Below are positions 58,344-64,000 of a stretch of 64,000 bases of DNA, in pieces. The translations under genes and the position numbers were made by a program. How positions within the stretch are numbered: the stretch's first letter is position 1; every line of letters starts with the position of its first letter. The DNA is taken from positions 6,696,001 through 6,760,000 of the forward strand of contig OX597838.1 of NCBI GenBank assembly GCA_951406725.2, given 5' to 3'. The notes beneath the pieces are model-generated. The model had not been told where the DNA came from, made no database searches, and was given only the letters and a program-made list of their open reading frames with translations. This DNA comes from Octopus vulgaris (taxonomy: Eukaryota).

Positions 58344-58827
58344 GATAGATATATTCATGTGCTGCGTGAATCTATATGTGTGTGTATGTATATATATATA
58401 TATATACTTATCTGTCAACGTATCTGTATATTCGTGCAGCTTTATGTGCGTGTGTGTGTGTGTGTGTGCGTGCATGCTGGTGCGTATGCATAGATGTGCG
58501 TTTCCATTTATTGTTTTTTCCGTATGAAACGAATTCGTGGCAAACTTATTTAAAATTAAATTCTAGCAATTTCATTTAATTAAAATATTTGGCAACGATC
58601 AGCGTAAATTAATATCCCAAATTTGACCGAAGTAAAATCAAAAATAATTAATACATTTCAGTAATTGGCTATCAACTATTTCATTATTGTTTTCTGCATT
58701 TTTTTGTTTTTATATGTTTATTATCCAAAGCAATATCAGGTAGAAGAATAAAAAAACATATTCCTCAATCAAACAGCAACATCATTATTCTACGTTTTGA
58801 CCTCTGCATCGTTCTCTTTCACCTCTC

Positions 58828-59400
58828 ATTCTTCTTCTTTTTCTTCTTCTTCTTCATACTTCTTCTTCTTCTTCTTCTTCTCCTTCTTCTTCTTCTTCTT
58901 CTTCTACATTTTCTTTTTCTTTTTCTTCTTCTTCTTCTTCTTCTTCTTCTTCTTTTTCTTCTCCTTCTTCTTCTTCTTTTTCTTCTTCTTCTTCTTCTCC
59001 TCGTCTTCGTCCTTCTTCTTCTTCTTTTTCTTCTTCTTCTTCTTCTCCTCGTCTTCGTCCTTCTTCTTCTTCTTCTTCTCTTCTTCTTCTCCTCCTTTTT
59101 CTTCTTCTTCTTCGTCCTCCTCTTCTTCTTCTTCTTCTTCGTCTTCTTCTTCTTCTTCTTTCTTCTTCTTCTTCTTCGTCTTCTTCTCGTCTTCGTCCCT
59201 CATCTTCTTCTTCTTCTTCTTCTTCTTCTTCTTCTTCTTCGTCTTCTCCTCCTGCTTCTTCTTCTTCTTCTTCTTCTTCTTCTTCGTCTTCTTCTTCTTC
59301 TTCTTCTTCTTCTTCTTCCAAATCTTCTTCTTCTTCTTCTTCTTCTTCTTCTTCTTCTTCTCCTTCTTCTTCTTCTTCTTCTACTATTTCTTTTTCTTCG
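58828..59400. repeat. (CTT)n microsatellite
   Basis: Direct reading. Confidence 0.97.
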
Positions 59401-59499
59401 ACTTATTCTTCTTTAATCTTTGGTTCCTCCTCCTTTTCTCCGTCTCCATTGAATCTTGATCTAGTTGCTGCTCTTTTCCTTCTTTCTCACCTCTCCTCC

Positions 59500-60730
<1,231 letters not shown>

Positions 60731-62064
60731 ATGATAGAGTCCGCTCAACACCTCTCCACTTTTAATTTGATAGATTTTTAACACCTTCTCAACTACTAGA
60801 CTGTTAAATTGATCATTTGAAAAGCAAAGGTGACATTGCGAATAGGTGTGGCGGGGAATATATTTTTGTAGAGGGGTTGTTCTCGCTTTTTTTTTTAGAT
60901 TTATATTATTAACCGCCTTTTTTTTTAGATTGTCTGAGATACTAGAAGTAACAAAAAATAATAATAATTAAAGATTTGAAGTAGTTTTATTACATTTAAT
61001 TTTCGTTTTTGTAGGCTGTAAAATCAGTAGATTTTTCTCTTTTTTCAGTTTTTAGTTTATTTCTAAATCTTTGCTGTTGTTATTTTTCATATAATTTTAT
61101 TTTTAATTAATTTAAATGAATTTTGTTTCATTTCATTTTCCTTCATTTTGTTTTATTGCATTTCATTGTAATTTTTGCTTTTGTTCATTGTTATTTATTT
61201 TCTTATCAAAATTGTGTTGACGCGAACTTTTTTTTAACAATTATCGTCTAGCCTCCCCTTTATACATTTATATAGCACCAACTACATTCTCTGTTATTTT
61301 TATATATCATGTGCAAATTAGTTTGGTTCTACTGTTCTAATTTCAATTCCTATAATGGGGTAAAAAAATACGACTATAATCGTTATACAACGAATAGATT
61401 CTTTATCATTTTTAGCTTCTCCACTTATGCTTTTTTCTGATTAGTTTATCTTCAGAAGAGCTCCGATTAAGAAGACATATGTTAAAAGGCACTCTCATTT
61501 TCATACACAGTGATCATGCGCTCTCCGTTTATCTCTTAGTACTGGGATAGTGATACGCTAACTTCTTCTGTCTTACTATCGCTGATAGCTCTACAAGATA
61601 TCGTCCAGAATTATTGACTATCAACTCTTCGACTGTCGACCCTCTCTCCACGACCGTCTACTGGTTTATTTGTAACGGCTGGTTCTAACCACTTTTTATC
61701 GAGAGGTGTATAGAGTTTCACTATACAACAGAAACATTACTGGAATTATCATTAATCTTTAAACAACGATTTTAATCGATAATCCTTGGAAACAACATCC
61801 AGCGGATTAAAATAGAACTTAATCTATATGCAGATTGACGTATCCCAGAATATAGTCGTCTGCCATTGCGTGCGATATGTTTCTGTATTTTTATACATTC
61901 TTGTTTATCCCAATAATTGCATAACGTATTTTATGAAAGATCCAAATCTGCCGTGCTTGAAAATATATTCGCAGTAAAAATATATTGAGCCACCCACAAT
62001 CCGGTTAGTTGCATCTTTCTCGTATTTATATAGTCTGGCCTCTCTATCTATCTATCTTCCTGTC

Positions 62065-62148
<84 letters not shown>

Positions 62149-62160
62149 CATACACATATT

Positions 62161-62225
62161 AAAGGCGGTGCTCCAGCATGGCCGCAGTCAAATGACTGAA
62201 ACAAGTAAAAGAGTAAAAAGAGTAT
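62161..62225 (+). mobile_element. Isolated 3' tail of SINE family B or of its partner LINE
   Basis: AAAGGCGGTGCTCCAGCATGGCCGCAGTCAAATGACTGAAACAAGTAAAAGAGTAAAAAGAGT. Confidence 0.85.
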
Positions 62226-62236
62226 AGTTATATAAA

Positions 62237-62296
<60 letters not shown>

Positions 62297-62547
62297 AACT
62301 CTCACGTACGCACGTGCTCACCCACACGCACTCATACACACACACAAACACACGGACAAAACGCACATATACATGTTTTACATAGCGACCAGATATATAT
62401 AATTCAAAATCCAGTTTGAGGAATTTTTTTTGATGCAATTCTCAGAAAGCGATGTCATTATACTCTTTGTCAGTTTCGCACCATGTAGATATTTTGGATT
62501 CAGTTATTTGCTATAAAAAATCTTTTCTTACCATTGAGTTATTTTAG

Positions 62548-62600
<53 letters not shown>

Positions 62601-63267
62601 CGTATCGCGTTTTCCCGATTTCTAATTTGCTTTCTTTTGTCCCTTTTTTCCAAGTCAGTTATCAGTTTTGTATTTGTTTAATCATTGAGGACAGAAGACA
62701 GGGTTGTCGAATGTTGGTCTATTGTTGATTCTTCAATGAATTCTTCAGTTTTCTTTAGCAAATGTCTTTGTAGGCTTACCGTATTTATAATACAATAGTT
62801 ATCTTACTTCCATAATACATGTTATTGAGTTTCTAGTCGAGATAAATATAAACTTTTTCATGTATAATTCAGTGTGATAAGTTTGACTAACTGTAGGCAT
62901 AATTTTATCTTGCTTTACCCATGGGTCTTGTAAAGTAATTATTTGGCTGGAGCAGGCATATTGATGACTGTTACCTTACTATTCATTTTTTCTTTTAGCT
63001 TTTCTGCATGTATTCGGACCCGATTTTAACATTCACGAAGGATGTTCTTTATAAAACATGTATCTGTTTTATCTGTATCCAGCCTGCAATATTGGATTAT
63101 AATTTTTTTTTCTAACGTTTATCTGATGCATTTTATTGAAGCGAATTACCTGACAAATCCTTTACTAAATCTGTTCATTCGTTGCAGAATTGTCTATAAG
63201 TTTTCAAATGCCAGGTTTTGAAGGAAGGGGCAATGTCCGTGCCCTTCACAGACCCTTGTAGACCAGT

Positions 63268-63350
63268 TGGCGGCGAGCTAGCAGAATCGTTAGCACGCCG
63301 GGCGAAATGCGTGGCCGCATTTCGCCTGCCGTTAGGTTCTGAGTTCAAAA
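63268..63350 (+). mobile_element. SINE family A, head only
   Basis: GGCGGCGAGCTAGCAGAATCGTTAGCACGCCGGGCGAAATGC...GTTCTGAGTTCAAA. Confidence 0.85.
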
Positions 63351-64000
63351 CCCTCATTTAGATTTTAATATATATTACGTGTTCGAAAACTTCCTTGGTC
63401 TCGACGCTGACAACAATACTCTCGTCCCTAAATGATTGAATTTTAAAGGGGCCGAAACTGTACAAAAGGCCGAGTACCGATGAGTGTTTTATTCTGAATA
63501 CGACTAAAATTGCATAGCTTGATAGGTTACATTAGGTCAGATCATATTATTGACGGCTGAATCGTACAAGTGTGTTTGTGGAATGCCTACGTTTTTGTGT
63601 TTACTTGTATTTAGGTTAACTTGTGTTTTTCCATAACCCTGTGGAATTGGAAAACTCCTTAAAGTCCCGATTTGTCATTTTAATCGAAGCGACTACAAAA
63701 TTTTAGGGATGTGTTTAGAGTCGATGAAATCAAATTAATTGAAGATCCTTTCATCTGGTCGATTACATTGATAAAGCTAGAACCTTAATCAAACAGAATT
63801 CACACCCAACGGGTTTTTTTTTTCTTCAATATATTTTAAACACAGACTGGATGATGCATTCCTAGATTCCATCTTCTTGTTAAAAAAAGCAGACATGTGT
63901 ATCAAGATTGGAATGTTTTTCATCACATGTCTGCTCGACCGGAACTACCCAAGGGCTAAACTAGGAAAACAACAATGAGAAAAGCAACAAAAACCACGGC

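Overview
AT-rich, extremely microsatellite-dense eukaryotic DNA, either intergenic or a large intron. The repeat make-up (tRNA-derived SINE families plus (TA)n, (GATA)n, (ATT)n, (GAA)n and (GAT)n arrays) strongly resembles a cephalopod (Octopus) genome; this is inference. No intact host protein-coding gene is supported: nearly all listed ORFs are microsatellite translations. The window holds three tRNA-derived SINE families (over 30 copies or fragments), three decayed Tc1/mariner transposons, and three 5'-truncated copies of an L1/Tx1-type LINE, each embedded in (GATA)n on both sides. It also holds at least six distinct short elements, several palindromic, carrying minimal type-I hammerhead-ribozyme-like motifs of the Penelope-LTR kind, some with non-canonical cores (U4C, A6U, apparent G3:C8 swap). 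The two best leads are the candidate (GATA)n-targeting LINE and the variant hammerhead set. All alignments and folds were done by eye.
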